From NCBI GenBank assembly GCA_051294375.1, contig CM119270.1, forward strand, positions 4,782,152 through 4,846,151: 64,000 nucleotides of DNA, read 5' to 3'. Positions 1 to 14,394 of the stretch are shown here, one piece after another. How positions within the stretch are numbered: position 1 is the first letter of the stretch; each line of letters opens with the position of its first letter. This DNA comes from Paraspadella gotoi (taxonomy: Eukaryota; Animalia; Chaetognatha). The position numbers and the translations under genes are program-made. Under the pieces are notes generated by a model that searched no databases, had not been told where the DNA came from, and saw nothing but the letters and a program-made list of their open reading frames with translations.

Positions 1-39
1 TCACAATTAATAACGGCTAAAAGAGAACTGAAAATGGGG

Positions 40-50
40 AGAGAGCGAGA

Positions 51-146
<96 letters not shown>

Positions 147-545
147 AGAAAGAGGGAGAGAGAGAGAAAGAAAGAGGGAGAGAGAGAGAAAGAGAGAGAA
201 AAGGGAAAAAGGTGGCTAAAAATAAAAATATAATTTCTTCTTTTTTCTTTCTTTTGCAAGATTTTAAACTAGGAAATTAACTACAGCTGTGGACGGGCGG
301 CGGACAGGAAAGGAGCATCGTCTTCCTCCCGCACTCTTCATCATCGTCTGAATCATCATCATCGTCATCATCGCATTGCACATTGTCGTTTCATCGTCTG
401 CGGCGGGAAATTGTCGTCGTCATCATCGATATCGTAATCGTAGTCGTCATCATCATCATCGTCGTCGTCAGCGTCATCATGAAAATCGAAATCATTTGAA
501 AAAAAAATAATAATAAAACGATCGGTATCCTGAACTTCGTTGTCG

Positions 546-577
<32 letters not shown>

Positions 578-732
578 CTCGACATCGTTGGTGACCTTCA
601 GATTGTCATTGCTAATACGTTTGTCCATTTTTTTCACTCATTTCTCAAATTTTAAGGAACGAAAAGCAAAACGTTGCACTTGGTTGTACTCGACTAATCT
701 TTCGAAGATGGGCGTGAGGATCAAGCACTAAT

Positions 733-810
<78 letters not shown>

Positions 811-882
811 AGAGAGAGTAGCTATCTCGCAAAAAAATCAAAACTTAAGGCCATTACGACCTAGACTGCTTTCGAGATGGCC

Positions 883-965
<83 letters not shown>

Positions 966-1999
966 GTTCAAATTATTTAAATAAAAAACAAATACAAAAT
1001 CGAATTTATTGATCTCGACAGGACAAGATTTTTATCGTCGTATAAACAGAACTAAATTCTTCGGCTGTCAATTGAGTCAAGCAGAGGCGAGAAAGAGAGA
1101 GGGAGGCCGGGAGAGAAGAGATGGTGAGTAAAGAAGGGGAGAAAGAGAGGAAAGGGAGAAGAGGAAAGAGGGGGAGTAGACGAGGTGAGTTAAAGGAAGG
1201 GAGAAAGTAAGGGAAAGGGGAGAGAGGAGAGGAGAGGAATGAATGGGCTNNNNNNNNNNNNNNNNNNNNNNNNNNNNNNNNNNNNNNNNNNNNNNNNNNN
1301 NNNNNNNNNNNNNNNNNNNNNNNNNNNNNNNNNNNNNNNNNNNNNNNNNNNNNNNNNNNNNNNNNNNNNNNNNNNNNNNNNNNNNNNNNNNNNNNNNNNN
1401 NNNNNNNNNNNNNNNNNNNNNNNNNNNNNNNNNNNNNNNNNNNNNNNNNNNNNNNNNNNNNNNNNNNNNNNNNNNNNNNNNNNNNNNNNNNNNNNNNNNN
1501 NNNNNNNNNNNNNNNNNNNNNNNNNNNNNNNNNNNNNNNNNNNNNNNNNNNNNNNNNNNNNNNNNNNNNNNNNNNNNNNNNNNNNNNNNNNNNNNNNNNN
1601 NNNNNNNNNNNNNNNNNNNNNNNNNNNNNNNNNNNNNNNNNNNNNNNNNNNNNNNNNNNNNNNNNNNNNNNNNNNNNNNNNNNNNNNNNNNNNNNNNNNN
1701 NNNNNNNNNNNNNNNNNNNNNNNNNNNNNNNNNNNNNNNNNNNNNNNNNNNNNNNNNNNNNNNNNNNNNNNNNNNNNNNNNNNNNNNNNNNNNNNNNNNN
1801 NNNNNNNNNNNNNNNNNNNNNNNNNNNNNNNNNNNNNNNNNNNNNNNNNNNNNNNNNNNNNNNNNNNNNNNNNNNNNNNNNNNNNNNNNNNNNNNNNNNN
1901 NNNNNNNNNNNNNNNNNNNNNNNNNNNNNTTTTTTTTTTCTCCTTTTCGTTCACAGAGGGCGACGAGCGCCGATGGTTTCGTCGATTTGTCGACGATCG

Positions 2000-2031
<32 letters not shown>

Positions 2032-2695
2032 TGTAAGTGACGCAAAGGGTGGGAGGATGATGGTCGGTGGGTGTGGCTGAAGGGGGAAAGATGAAGTGGG
2101 GGAGGAAGAGGAAGAGGAGGAGGAAGAGAAGGAGGAGGAAGTTTAAAAAGTTCGAGATTGAATAAACGATGTAAGACGAAGCGGATTACTTGGCGTTAAG
2201 GTGGGTTGCCATAAAGGTTGAGGTGTGCTGGGTGTGTGTCGAGGCGAGCTGGAGTAGTTTGGCGTGTGATGGACTAGTTTTAAAAGTTCTGGACTAGTTT
2301 TATTCGTGCTGAACTTGTTTGAGGTTTGCTGGACTAGTTTAGAGAGCGCTGGACTAGTTTTGGAAGTGCTGGGTTGAATGATGGAGATGCTGGAGAGTCG
2401 ATCAAGGTCGAGTTTGGCCTTCGGTCGTGAAGGGCGCCGAAGGGGGGGGGGCTAAAATTGGTTGAACACTTATTTTTCACTCGAAGCTGAAAATAAAAAA
2501 AGGGGAAAAAAATTTCATTGAAAAATGAGTGATTCTTCTTTATATATTTTGTTTTTTCGTAGTTGGGAGCGAAATGGAAAAAGCGTTGAATTACAAAAAG
2601 AAATAAAGGAGCATCTTGAGTTTACATCATTTTTGGCCGATTTTTTTGGCTTCTTAAAATGAAGGACCGAAAAAAGGGAGAGGGGGAAAGAGTAA

Positions 2696-2737
<42 letters not shown>

Positions 2738-2953
2738 GAGAGACAAGGAAATACGAGGAGAAGGAAAAAAAATAAAGAAGAGTGGGAAGAAATAAAAAGA
2801 TAACAAGAAAGAGAGGGGCAAGAGAGGGAGAGAGTTAAGAAGAGAGAGAGAGAGAAAAATAGAGGGAGAGTGAAAAAAAAGAGAGAAGTGGGAGAAAGAA
2901 AAGATACCATGAAAGAGAGAGGGAGAGAGGGAAAGAGTTAGAAAGAGAAATAG

Positions 2954-3009
<56 letters not shown>

Positions 3010-3099
3010 AGGAAATAGAGGGAGAAGAAAAAAAGAGAAGAGAGTGGAGAGAAAGAAAAAGATAACAAGAAAGAGAGAGGGAGAGAGAGAGCGAGTTAA

Positions 3100-3159
<60 letters not shown>

Positions 3160-3279
3160 GGATAGAGGGAGAGTGGAAAAAAAGAGAGAGAATGGGAGAA
3201 AGAAAAAGATACAAGAAGAGAGAGAGAAGTGAGGGAGAGAGTTATAGAGGAGATATTAGAGAGAGAGAAAGACACAGAT

Positions 3280-3314
<35 letters not shown>

Positions 3315-3315
3315 C

Positions 3316-3352
<37 letters not shown>
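40..3352. repeat. (GA)n/(TC)n/(TCG)n microsatellite-rich region, including a 680-N gap at 1250-1929
   Basis: Long GA tracts at 40-200, 733-818, 887-962 and 2700-3352. Confidence 0.9.
2245..2375. repeat. About 20-bp degenerate repeat (GCTGGACTAGTTT...)
   Basis: About 6 units. Confidence 0.7.
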
Positions 3353-3355
<3 letters not shown>

Positions 3356-3901
3356 CAATCAATTTGAAGGATCAGTAATAAAACCCGAAAATCGACGCGC
3401 GGCCAAAACAAAGATAAAAATATATAAATTATTGAAAAAAAAAAAATTGGGAAAAAAATGAATAAAAATGGCCCAAAGGGGATAAAAGTGGAAAATAGTG
3501 ATGTGAACAAAAAAAGTTATAAAAATAAAATGAAAATGTGGATCAATTCACTCAATTCATTCAGTTCACTCAATTCATTCAATTCACTCATTGATGACTC
3601 AATTTTGATCTTAATTCATTTAAGGGAAAAAAAAGAAGAAAAAAAGTCGTTGAAGACGGAAAGCCACGCCCTCCAAATATGGGAACCGTTTAACGAGTCG
3701 CGTAATTTAAATTTTCATCGTGAATTTTATGAAAAAAGTTGAGGAAAAAAGTTTAATATACATCACGTCGTTTATAAAAGGTTAGTTTAGTTTAAAAACA
3801 GCGAAAAGAAAACCAGATCTCGTTCGTTGAAAGATTAAAGATAAAAAAAAACCGGGGTTCCAAATTAAGGATGGACGGAAGGTCAGGGCGGAGGGCAATT
3901 A

Positions 3902-3937
<36 letters not shown>

Positions 3938-5161
3938 CCTTTGACACTCAGAGGCGGCCAAGACGGCCCCAAATTATGGCGGCATCGAGGAAGACGACGA
4001 CAAAGAAAACGACGTCGACGACGACGTAGAAGAAAACGACGACCGTCAACAAAGACTGAGGAACCTAATTTTTACCCAATTTGCGTTTTGGTTAAATCGA
4101 AGATTCGCTAATTCAGAGATTCGGTAATTCGGAGATTCGTAGTTTCGAGGCGATTCGGTCATCGGAGATTCAGAGGTTTTTAATGAAGAATTATAAAAAA
4201 AAATGATGAATATTAACATAACAGTTAATATTAATGTTATTAACCAAGGGGTCAGCAAGGAGAAAAAAAGAAAAAAAAAAGAAAAATGAGAACATTTTTT
4301 TTTATCGCGTAGTCTTGTCTCCATAAGGTGAAAACAATTAGGGTACAATAAAGGGCAAAAAAAAAATACAAAAAAAAAAAAACTTTAGCGATGAGATTTT
4401 AAATCAATTGATACAATGCGAGAAACAGACGGACAAACGAACAAACGAACAGACGGCTTGACTAAACAAAAAAGAAATGACCGGCGAGTGTGAAGCTTTT
4501 TTTTCCCACATCCGGGTATTTAGTGACCCGATGTTTTGAGACCCGATTTGTTGTGACCCTCGATTCGTTTTCGTCAACAAAAATCGGGGAAAAAAAAATA
4601 TTTTTTACTTTTTAAACTTAACTTTAGTGATTTATGCTTTTTTTTTTTGGAGTCGATAAATTTTCGGGGTCAAACGCCGAAGTTGGTCGAGAGTGAAATT
4701 GGAATTTACTTTGAAATAACCGCGTGTGACAAATGAAGGCGGTGAACCGAAGATGATGATGACTCATTCATTCCGACTTTTTTTTTCTTTTTGTAAAGGT
4801 GATCCGAGGTCAGGGACTCGTGAGAATGTTGAATTTCTTGAAATTGGCTATAGTCTTACTTATAAATTATATGGCACCTTTAGATTAAGATCTAGAATAT
4901 AAAGATAAGTTACCATTTTTAAGTTAACATAAAACGAATTAGTGTTTTTAACATTAGTCTCTAGTGCCTTTTCTCAAAAAACAAAATATGTGAAATCATC
5001 ATGTTCGATCCTAAAGTAGCGATATTTTAAAATAGCGATGATAATTTTTAAAAAAATGATTATAATAAATATTATTAATAATAATCTAAAAAAAGATTTG
5101 TTTTGCGGCTCAAGGGTTTCCTGACGGATTATTGACATCACCGCGCAGCTATGGATAAAAC

Positions 5162-5210
5162 TCCGCGAGTCCGCGAGTCAGCGAGTCCGCGAGTCCGCGA
5201 GTCCGCGAGC
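5162..5210. repeat. 8-bp tandem repeat (TCCGCGAG) x6
   Basis: Directly visible. Confidence 0.85.
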
Positions 5211-5885
5211 GCTCTCCGAATCACAAATATTTAGAAATCTTGTCATCGCGTTCGATAATCGCCGAGATAGATGTTTTAAAAAAAATTCGTTGAAATCTGC
5301 GAATGACCTTCGAAGACAAACTATTCTTCACGATTATTCACGTGATTTCGATGAAAAGTGATTCGGCGAATCCGGCCTGATTCACCGCCATTTCTTTGTG
5401 AGGGTTGGTGATAAAAAAAAAGAGGAAGAGAGACGAATGCGCTCGTGTGAACTTTGTCAGTTTTTTTTTTTTTTTTTTTTTTGTTGTCGACCCCCGCATA
5501 CAATTAGTCTTGGTTTTTCATTGCGTTAGAGTTGGGCGCGGTCGTTCCTCCCTAATCCGGGATCTTCGCGCTAATAATCTCGATGTCCGACGAGGTATGG
5601 GAAAAAAATAAAATTGTTTTGCCTTTGGGGTTTGAAAAAAAAAATGAGGAAACACACCAAGAAATAGAAAGAGAGATAGATAGAGAGATAGGGAGAGAGA
5701 TAGGGAGAGGGGAAGAGAGAGGGAGGAAGCAGAGAGGAGAAAAGAGAGAAAAAGAAGAAATAGAGAAAGAGAAAGAAGAGAGAGAGTTTCTTTTTTAGCT
5801 AAAAGTTAAAAATTAAAAAAATAAAACAATATATAGGAAGAGAAAGAAAAATAGAATAAGAAAAAAAGGAAAAAAGAAAAAATGA

Positions 5886-5957
<72 letters not shown>

Positions 5958-7705
5958 AGGAAAAGAAAAGAAAAGAAAAGAGAGAAAAAGAACTATTTAA
6001 AGAGAGAAGGCAGATTTGGACGACGGAGCACGGAGACCACGAAGGGGGAAAAAAAACCTAGAAAAATAAAAAGAAATCTGTTCATGGGGATCAAATTTCA
6101 TTAGGAGTTTTAGTGATTGAAAAAATTAAAAGATTCTAATTTAATTTGGTTCTAGTTTTCTTTTTTCCCCTTTTCCTTCCTCTCTCGTTAAGAAGTTCTT
6201 CAAAACCAAAAGGGGGAAAGAAAATTATTCTCACGACGATCGACCAAACGTCTCTGTCTCTATCTGTCTCTGCTTCTATCTATCTGTGTCTGTCTCACTT
6301 TCTGAGTTTCTCTTTCTCAAAGATTCATGGCATCGAAAATCTCTCTAGTAACAGCTTTCATGGTGATTTGATACGTTGGCAAAGTAATTGTAATTGTCAC
6401 CATTTTTCAAAGGTATTTATAGTAACAAACTAATCGTTAATTTATAGCTTCCTACTAAAGAGTATTATGGATAGTTAAGAGCATCCATTACCGAAAATTG
6501 CGAATACAGAGGTTAAACGGTTCATTCAACTTTGAAAAAGGAAATTGAATAAGAAAGAGGAATGGTCGACAATGAAAAGTGAACCTACCTTGGCCCGAAA
6601 TTGAAAAGGTGAGTTCCTATCTATCCACTTTAAGTGCAAAAATCTTTGAATTTGATCTCCACGTTGTCCGGAACCGATTCTAATCCAATTATGACCTCAA
6701 TCGATTTCAGGTGGTTGAGGAAAGTGAAAAAAAACAAAAGTCCCTTAGGGTTTTTGACCCGGCGATGCCAAGGGTCAAGATGACCTCGACTCCGGAGGTC
6801 AAAAGCGTCGGATCCTTGGATTCCTTCACCTGCGCCATCTCTCGAGGCTGAGATAAACATTGGCAGGGATATTGCGATCGCCTCGAGGTTCGATCCTGAA
6901 GCGCCCTCTGCGCCCGCCCCAAAAAATGAAAGGTGAAAAGCGAAATACAGGTAATCATTTTTGGAGGTTATTTAGGTTATTTATTAAGGTCGTTGAATGC
7001 TGTTCAAGAAATAATTATCAATTTAAAATTAAACAAAATCATTTTTCATGGCAATTGGCATAATCTTATCAAGCAGGCGTTTCATTTAATCAATCTGTAA
7101 CCGGGATCATAAGGGTTGTTTATTATCACGTTTAATACGAAATAGAGCCTGGACGAAAAACATTTATTGATTTACTATATGTGAAATATGTCCATTGGAA
7201 AAGCATGATGAATTTTGTGGTAATACTTTTTTTAAAATAAGCAGATCTATACAAATTTGTTAAAACCAAGAGTCATACATTGTAGAGTATCAGATAGAAA
7301 CAATTGGCTAATATTTTCGTATCTGATGTTCCAGATAAAACTATAAAGCTAAAGTGAATGAACCTCATAACAGAAATAAACAGGTGACTGACCCAGATTT
7401 AATTCAAACAAAACTAAACAGATCGAAATGAGAACGAACTCGGATGCCTCGGCGAAAGAGGGGGGGGAGAGGATGGGGGGGGGGCGGCGTGCCTTTAAAT
7501 CCTTCAACGTCTTTTTAACGACTCCGGCGATGGTGGGCCGAAACGAAACGCGTAACGCCGACGCCGTTGATGAGCCGTTACGGCAGACCGCGTAATTGAG
7601 AACCGTCTCGTAGCGAAAAACAACATTCACTGGTGACTTAAATGATCGGGAAGGAAAAAAAAAGAAAGAGCGATTGACTAATATTCGTCGTGACTCAATT
7701 CGAGG

Positions 7706-7737
<32 letters not shown>

Positions 7738-7744
7738 ATATCAC

Positions 7745-7787
<43 letters not shown>

Positions 7788-7989
7788 CAGGGGGTACGAA
7801 CCTGTCAATGATCGGAATCACTCTAATCAAATATTTTTTTTATTTCCTTCACTTAATATCACTCCGTGTATTTCCTCAACCTATTTTAAAACACACTCGT
7901 TAATTCTTACGCAATATCACAGTAAGCGTTTAAGTAGAGGCTCTCTATTAATTCGCTAAGTAATACGGGTTATTTTCCTATTAATGACT

Positions 7990-8125
7990 AACCTGCCCCG
8001 CTCCCGCTAACCGTTTCCCACCCCAGCCCACCCCATTCAAATGGCGGTGACCCGATTGGTCATCGACCCGATTGGTCATCGTCCCGAGGCCTCAACTAAT
8101 CGGGTAACCAATCATCATCTTCATC
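7990..8125. promoter_or_regulatory. Promoter-like GC island with CCAAT boxes and a YY1-like motif
   Basis: CAAATGGCGG 8038-8047; GATTGG at 8054 and 8070; CCAATC at 8108; GC/CACCC boxes upstream. Confidence 0.4.
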
Positions 8126-8622
8126 GCCTCTCGGAGTTCATCCGCCGTTTGATTAGACCAGGCGCTGATAAAGACAGGCCTCTTTATCGCGTTTGTCCGA
8201 CACATGTCGTTCCCTCCCAACCGATTTAGTTCGAATAGAAAATAAATTAAAAGGAAAAAGAAAGAAAGTGAAATATCCTCTTCTCTTCTTCCGCGCCCTT
8301 TAAAAAAAAAAGCAGAAGGATCCAGAGAGTTACTTTAAAAAATCGCGGAAAAATGATAAAAAACGGTAATCTAATTAGCTCTCTCGCTCTCTCGCTCGCT
8401 CTCTTCCTTTTTTATTTATTTTTTGTGTGTGTGTTTTTTTTTTTGGTTTTTTTTTCTTTTAAATATATATAACTAAACCCAAGAACCTTTCCTTCTTTTC
8501 TTCGCGGCCAAAAAAAAATCTCGGCCCACCGTAGACGAAATTTTTTTTTTTTTTTTCATTTCACAAATTGCGAAGTTGCCGGTGGAACAGACATAAGAGT
8601 CGTCAGCACTGGAATTTGCCAG

Positions 8623-8695
8623 TTGCGATGCCCGTTTTGCGGCGCCCGATTTGAGGCGCCCGTCTTGCGGCGCCCGATTTGAGACGCACGATCTG
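8623..8695. repeat. 15-bp tandem repeat (TTGCGGCGCCCGATT) x5
   Basis: Directly visible. Confidence 0.8.
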
Positions 8696-9482
8696 CCGGG
8701 AGTGACATGTGACGATCGAATATATCAAACGTGAAACGATTGGTCGTTTGTTTTTGATTAATTGTCTAGCGTCAACTAGGAAAAAAAAAGGTAAAAAAGT
8801 TAATGTAATAATACCACAGTCGATTATTGGATTTTTTTAATCGATTCATCAATTTATGGATTAATCGATTGAATAATTGATTAATGGATTAACTGTTTAT
8901 TAATATTGATTACGTATTTTTTAGATCTTCAAATGAAAAACTCTGGAAGGCAACGAATATTAATGGGTTGACGAGGCTGTTCACGACGTCACCAACAGTA
9001 ACTCAGTAACTCAGTAACTGTTAAATCTTTCTCACAGATTTATTAATACTCTATCAAATCCTTATTAAATCTCTATCAAATCTTTATTAAATCTCTTTTA
9101 AAGTTATATTAAATCTTTCTGAAATCCCGTCCGTTGTTTCGCGCTAAATTTTCAATACAGATTTTATTTTCCCCCGTCAATTGAACTTACTTACATTATC
9201 ACTGCTTTAATTGATCAACTGTAATCGAATTATTTAAAATTAACTAACCAACGATTAGTATAACCAAACAAATTAAACTATTACGTGCCCGGAATGACGA
9301 AGGGTAGATTAATAGGTTAATTCGCCCTCATCCATCAACGTCAAATACACCTTTTCCCTCGAATGAAGTCGTTATTTTGGTCGGGGACATTTATTGGTGG
9401 TTACTAGACAATTGTAGACATTTATAGGTGCATGATAACTGACAAAGAAACGGCGGCAAAGGGTCGGCTGACATCGTTTAAG

Positions 9483-10922
9483 GTTTAGATGAAATTTTAT
9501 ATAAAATAAACTGCCACTGTGTATTACTGACAACAAACATTAAACAAAAATAGTAACGATGACAGAGATTCTGACAAGTAAGCGACAATAACGTCATCCA
9601 TGTGATATTAGACATCATTATCACAATGACTGGCATCATGCTTCTCAATAACCGCTGTCTTGCTTACAATGACTGATATCGTCTCGTTATCTATTGCATC
9701 ATCTCGCTCTCTATTGCTTCATCTCTCTCTATTGCGCCATCTCGCTCTCTATTGCTCTCTGTTAGGTCGTCTCGCTCTCTATCGTGTTGTCTCCCTCTCT
9801 ATTGCGTCTTCTCTCTCTCTCTATTAGGTCTTCTCGCTCTCTATTGCGTCGCCTCGCTATCTATTGCATCATCTCGCTCTCTATTGCTTCATCTCTCTCA
9901 TTTGCTTTGTCTCGCTCTCTATCGCGGCATCTCTCACTCTCTATCGCGCCATCTCGCACTCTCTACCGCGTCGTCTGTCTCTATTGCGTCGTAGAATTTA
10001 TTCTGTCTTTCGCCCGCATAATTTGAAAAGACGTGAGCCGATAGAAGATAGAAGTTTAGGTCCGTCAGTCCGTCTCGAGTCCGACAAGAAAACCGTAATT
10101 CGTTTAAAAAAATGTTAATTTGACGTTTGAAGCGGAGACGTTGTACAGTGGAACCGGTTTTTGAGGAAAATGAGGTTGGGGCGAATGGTATACGAACGAG
10201 TTCAAATGTTTTATTGTATTATACAGTCATTAATCAAAGACTCTTACTTTCCTGCTTTTGAANNNNNNNNNNNNNNNNNNNNNNNNNAAGACGAGGTTAT
10301 CCATAACACAGCTGTCCAAAGTCAGGGGCAAGATGCTTATTTATTAAATGAATGGATTTTTATGATGGTTGTACCAAATTTCATACGAATTATATTCTCT
10401 TGTGATTTAAGTCCCCGATAAGGTCTTTCATTAAAGTTTTTAAAAATGAAACAGATGGAACATCGCGTATTTCACAAGAATCCCGTTTTGGTTTGAAATC
10501 TGATAATTGATTAAGACTGACAATCTAGGAATTTGATCAGGAGTGGTCATCTATCACAAGACTGAGCCATTTTGGTCATTACAGTGTTTGATTACATTCA
10601 TTAGTTCAGTTTCGTCAAAATTTCAACAAAGTAACAATGTTACTCAACGTAAACAGATTTTTTTTTTTCATTTCATATCCCTCGCATGAAAGAAAGAAAC
10701 GCAATGAAAGGCATCGAAACCGAAGCCTCGACTTCTTAACCGAATCTTCGTTCCTTCGACTGGGAAGCGAATAATTAATTCTAATTGAAAATAATCGAAA
10801 TACAATTTGAAGTCCTGGAAGTTCAGTCTCTCTCATTTGGAGATAACGAATAAAAAGGATGAACATGATCCGTTCTTATTCTTTTTGACGCATATTCTCT
10901 CGATGTCTCTATCTCACTTTCA

Positions 10923-10974
<52 letters not shown>

Positions 10975-11395
10975 CTTTGCTCTTCTACTCTCTTCATTCT
11001 CTTTCTCTCTCCTCTTTCTCTCTTGCTCTCTCTCTCTCCTCTTTCTCTTCTCTCTCCAGTGAGTTCTTTTTTAGGCACCTTATGATTCTTTCATCCTGTA
11101 AGTTTCATGATTCTCCAATTTCAAAGATGTTTTGTCAACTTATGCTTGCTACGAAATCTTGATAAAAGTAGCACCTTTTTTTAGGCTTAATTGACATTCT
11201 ACTTGTAGGGATGAATGTTATTAAATAATAATCACGACGATTAGCCTTCCATATTATTATTCCTTTCAATGATTATTATTTAATCTTTGCTAGTCATTGA
11301 CTAGTTGCGCTTACAACAGTGATTCAACTTTTAATAACAAACGAACTACGAATCATCTTCTCTCCTCTCAGTCTCTCTCTCTCTCCTCTCTCTCG

Positions 11396-11458
<63 letters not shown>

Positions 11459-11929
11459 CCATTCCCCGCTGGGACCTCTCTCTCGCGGGTGGGTCGGGCA
11501 CCCCACAACTCATAAATCACGTTACTGTCCATGTTCCATCGGGATCGATAAAATAGAGACTTGGATTATGATTAATAGTTTTAAAGATATTTTTGAGCTG
11601 GCCGCTTAACTTATTTTTTAAGATTTTCTTTAGCTTGACTGCGTAATTTGCAGTGGATGTCCAAAGCCAGGGGCGAGAAACCCTATTTATTGACTGACTG
11701 TTTAAGTTCAAATTGATGTCCAAATTTCATTTAGAACTTGATTATAATTAACTTCTTTTAATTAATTTTTTTGGGGTTGACCCCATAGATTTAAAGACTG
11801 GATTATAATTTAAACATTCTCCTATTTTATCATTGCTCAATAAACAGTAAACAAACAACAGTAAACAAACAATCTGTAAATATATAAATAAATGGGTCAA
11901 CTCTCTCTCTCTCCTCTCTCTCCTCTCTC

Positions 11930-11962
<33 letters not shown>

Positions 11963-11970
11963 TTCTCTTT

Positions 11971-12060
<90 letters not shown>

Positions 12061-12155
12061 TAATTCCCGTGCTCCCGTTGAGTAAGAGAAAGTGAGTGCC
12101 TTAATTAACGAGTAGAGCCTTTCCTGATCGAAGAATTCTGTAATCACTCAGAGAG

Positions 12156-12227
<72 letters not shown>

Positions 12228-13270
12228 AAAATCAATGGATAGAGAGAGAGAGTTGACCCATTTATTTATATATTTACAGGATTGTTTGTTTACTGTTGTT
12301 TGTTTACTGTTTATTGAGCAATGATAAAATAGGAGAATGTTTAAATTATAATCCAGTCTTTAAATCTATGGGGTCAACCCCAAAAAATTAATTAAAAGAA
12401 GTTAATTATAATCAAGTTCTAATGAAATTTGGACATCCAATTTGAACTTAAACAGTCAGTCAATAAATAGGGTTTCTCGCCCCTGGCTTTGGACATCCAC
12501 TGCAAATTACGCAGTCAAGCTAAAGAAAATCTTAAAAATAAGTTAAGCGGCCAAGCTCAAAAATATCTTTAAAACTTATTAATCATAATCCAAGTCTCTA
12601 TTTTATCGATCCCGATGGAAATGGACAGTAACGTGGATTTATGAGTTGTGGGGCCGCCCACCCCGCGAGAGAGAGGTCCCAGCGGGGAATGGGGAAAGAT
12701 AGAGAGAGAGAGAGAGANNNNNNNNNNNNNNNNNNNNNNNNNNNNNNNNNNNNNNNNNNNNNNNNNNNNNNNNNNNNNNNNNNNNNNNNNNNNNNNNNGA
12801 GAGAGACTGATTCGTAGTTCGTTTGTTATTAAAAGTTGAATCACTGTTGTAAGCGCAACTAGTCAATGACTAAGCAAAGATTAAATAATAATCTGAAAGG
12901 AATAATAATATGGAAGGCTAATCGTTGATTATTATTTAATAACATTCATCCCTGAACAAGTAGAATGTCATTAAGCCTAAAAAAAAGGGTGCTACTTTTT
13001 TATCAAGATTTCGTAGCAAGCATAAGTTGACAAAACATCTTTGAAATTGGAGAATCAGAAGACTTACAGGATGAAAGAATCATAAGGTGCCTAAAAAAGA
13101 AACTAAACTGAGAGAGGAGAGAGAGAGAGAGAGAGAAGAGGAGAGAGAGAACTAAAAATTTAGGAGAAAAAATGTAATCTGGGCGGAGTCGTGCGAAGGA
13201 AAAATCCGAACTGGAAAAACGCGTCTCTGTAACGAGAGTACGAAGTGAGCAAGAGGAGAGAGAAGAGAAG

Positions 13271-13302
<32 letters not shown>

Positions 13303-14303
13303 GGAGAGAGAGAGAGAGAGAGAGAGAGTGAAAGTGAGATAGAGACATCGAGAGAATATGCGTCAAAAAGAATAAGAACGGATCATGTTCATCCTTTTTA
13401 TTCGTTATCTCCAAATGAGAAGACTGAACTTTTCAGGACTTCAAATTGATTTTCGATTATTTTCAATGAGAATTAATTATTCGCTTCCCAGTCGAAGGAA
13501 CGAGATTCGGTTAAGAAGTCGAGGCTTCGGTTCGATGCCTTTCATTGCGTTTCTTTCTTTCATGCGAGGATATGAAATGAAAAAAAAAATCTGTTTACGT
13601 TGAGTAACATTGTTACTTTGTTGAAATTTTGACGAAACTGAACTAATGAATGTAATCAAACACTGTAATGACCAAAATGGCTCAGTCTTGTGATAGATGA
13701 CCACTCCTGATCAAATTCCTAGATTGTCAGTCTTAATCAATTATCAGATTTCAAACCAAAAACGGGATTCTTGTGAAATACGCGATGTTCATCTGTTTCA
13801 TTTTTAAAACTTTAATGAAAGACCTTATCGGGGACTTAAATCACAAGAAATATAATTCGTATGAAATTGGTACAACCATCATAAAAATTATCCATTCATT
13901 TAATAAATAAGCTATCTTGCCCCTGACTTTGGACAGGCTTTGTTATGAGTATTAATATTACGAATTATTATAAATTAATGAGGCCAATCTAAGAATTTAC
14001 ACTTAATACCATTAATACAAGTACTTTTTAAGGTTTATTCGTTAATTTTACTTTTTTTCATGAAATTTATAATGAATAACAACTTAGGTAAATAAAACTT
14101 AAAATGTTTTGAAGGATAGTAAAAGTCCCGTACCAAGTGCCCCCAACTGTTTCAGGGTAAGTAAATCCCNNNNNNNNNNNNNNNNNNNNNNNNNTTTCCT
14201 TTCTTTCTTTTTTCTTTCTTTCTTTCTTTCTTTCTTTTTTTTCTTTTCTTTTTTTTCCCTACGAAAACATTGTGAACAGAAAAATTCTTATTCTTTTTGT
14301 CTT

Positions 14304-14340
<37 letters not shown>

Positions 14341-14359
14341 TCTCTCTACATCTCTCTCT

Positions 14360-14394
<35 letters not shown>

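Noticed and set aside
287-731. Asp-rich or His/Ser-rich short ORFs
   Set aside because: Driven by TCG/TCA trinucleotide repeats; no recognisable domain or consistent exon structure.
17-3510. Many ORFs of RERERE/SLSLSL type and ORFs through N runs
   Set aside because: They are translations of (GA)n/(TC)n microsatellites and gaps.
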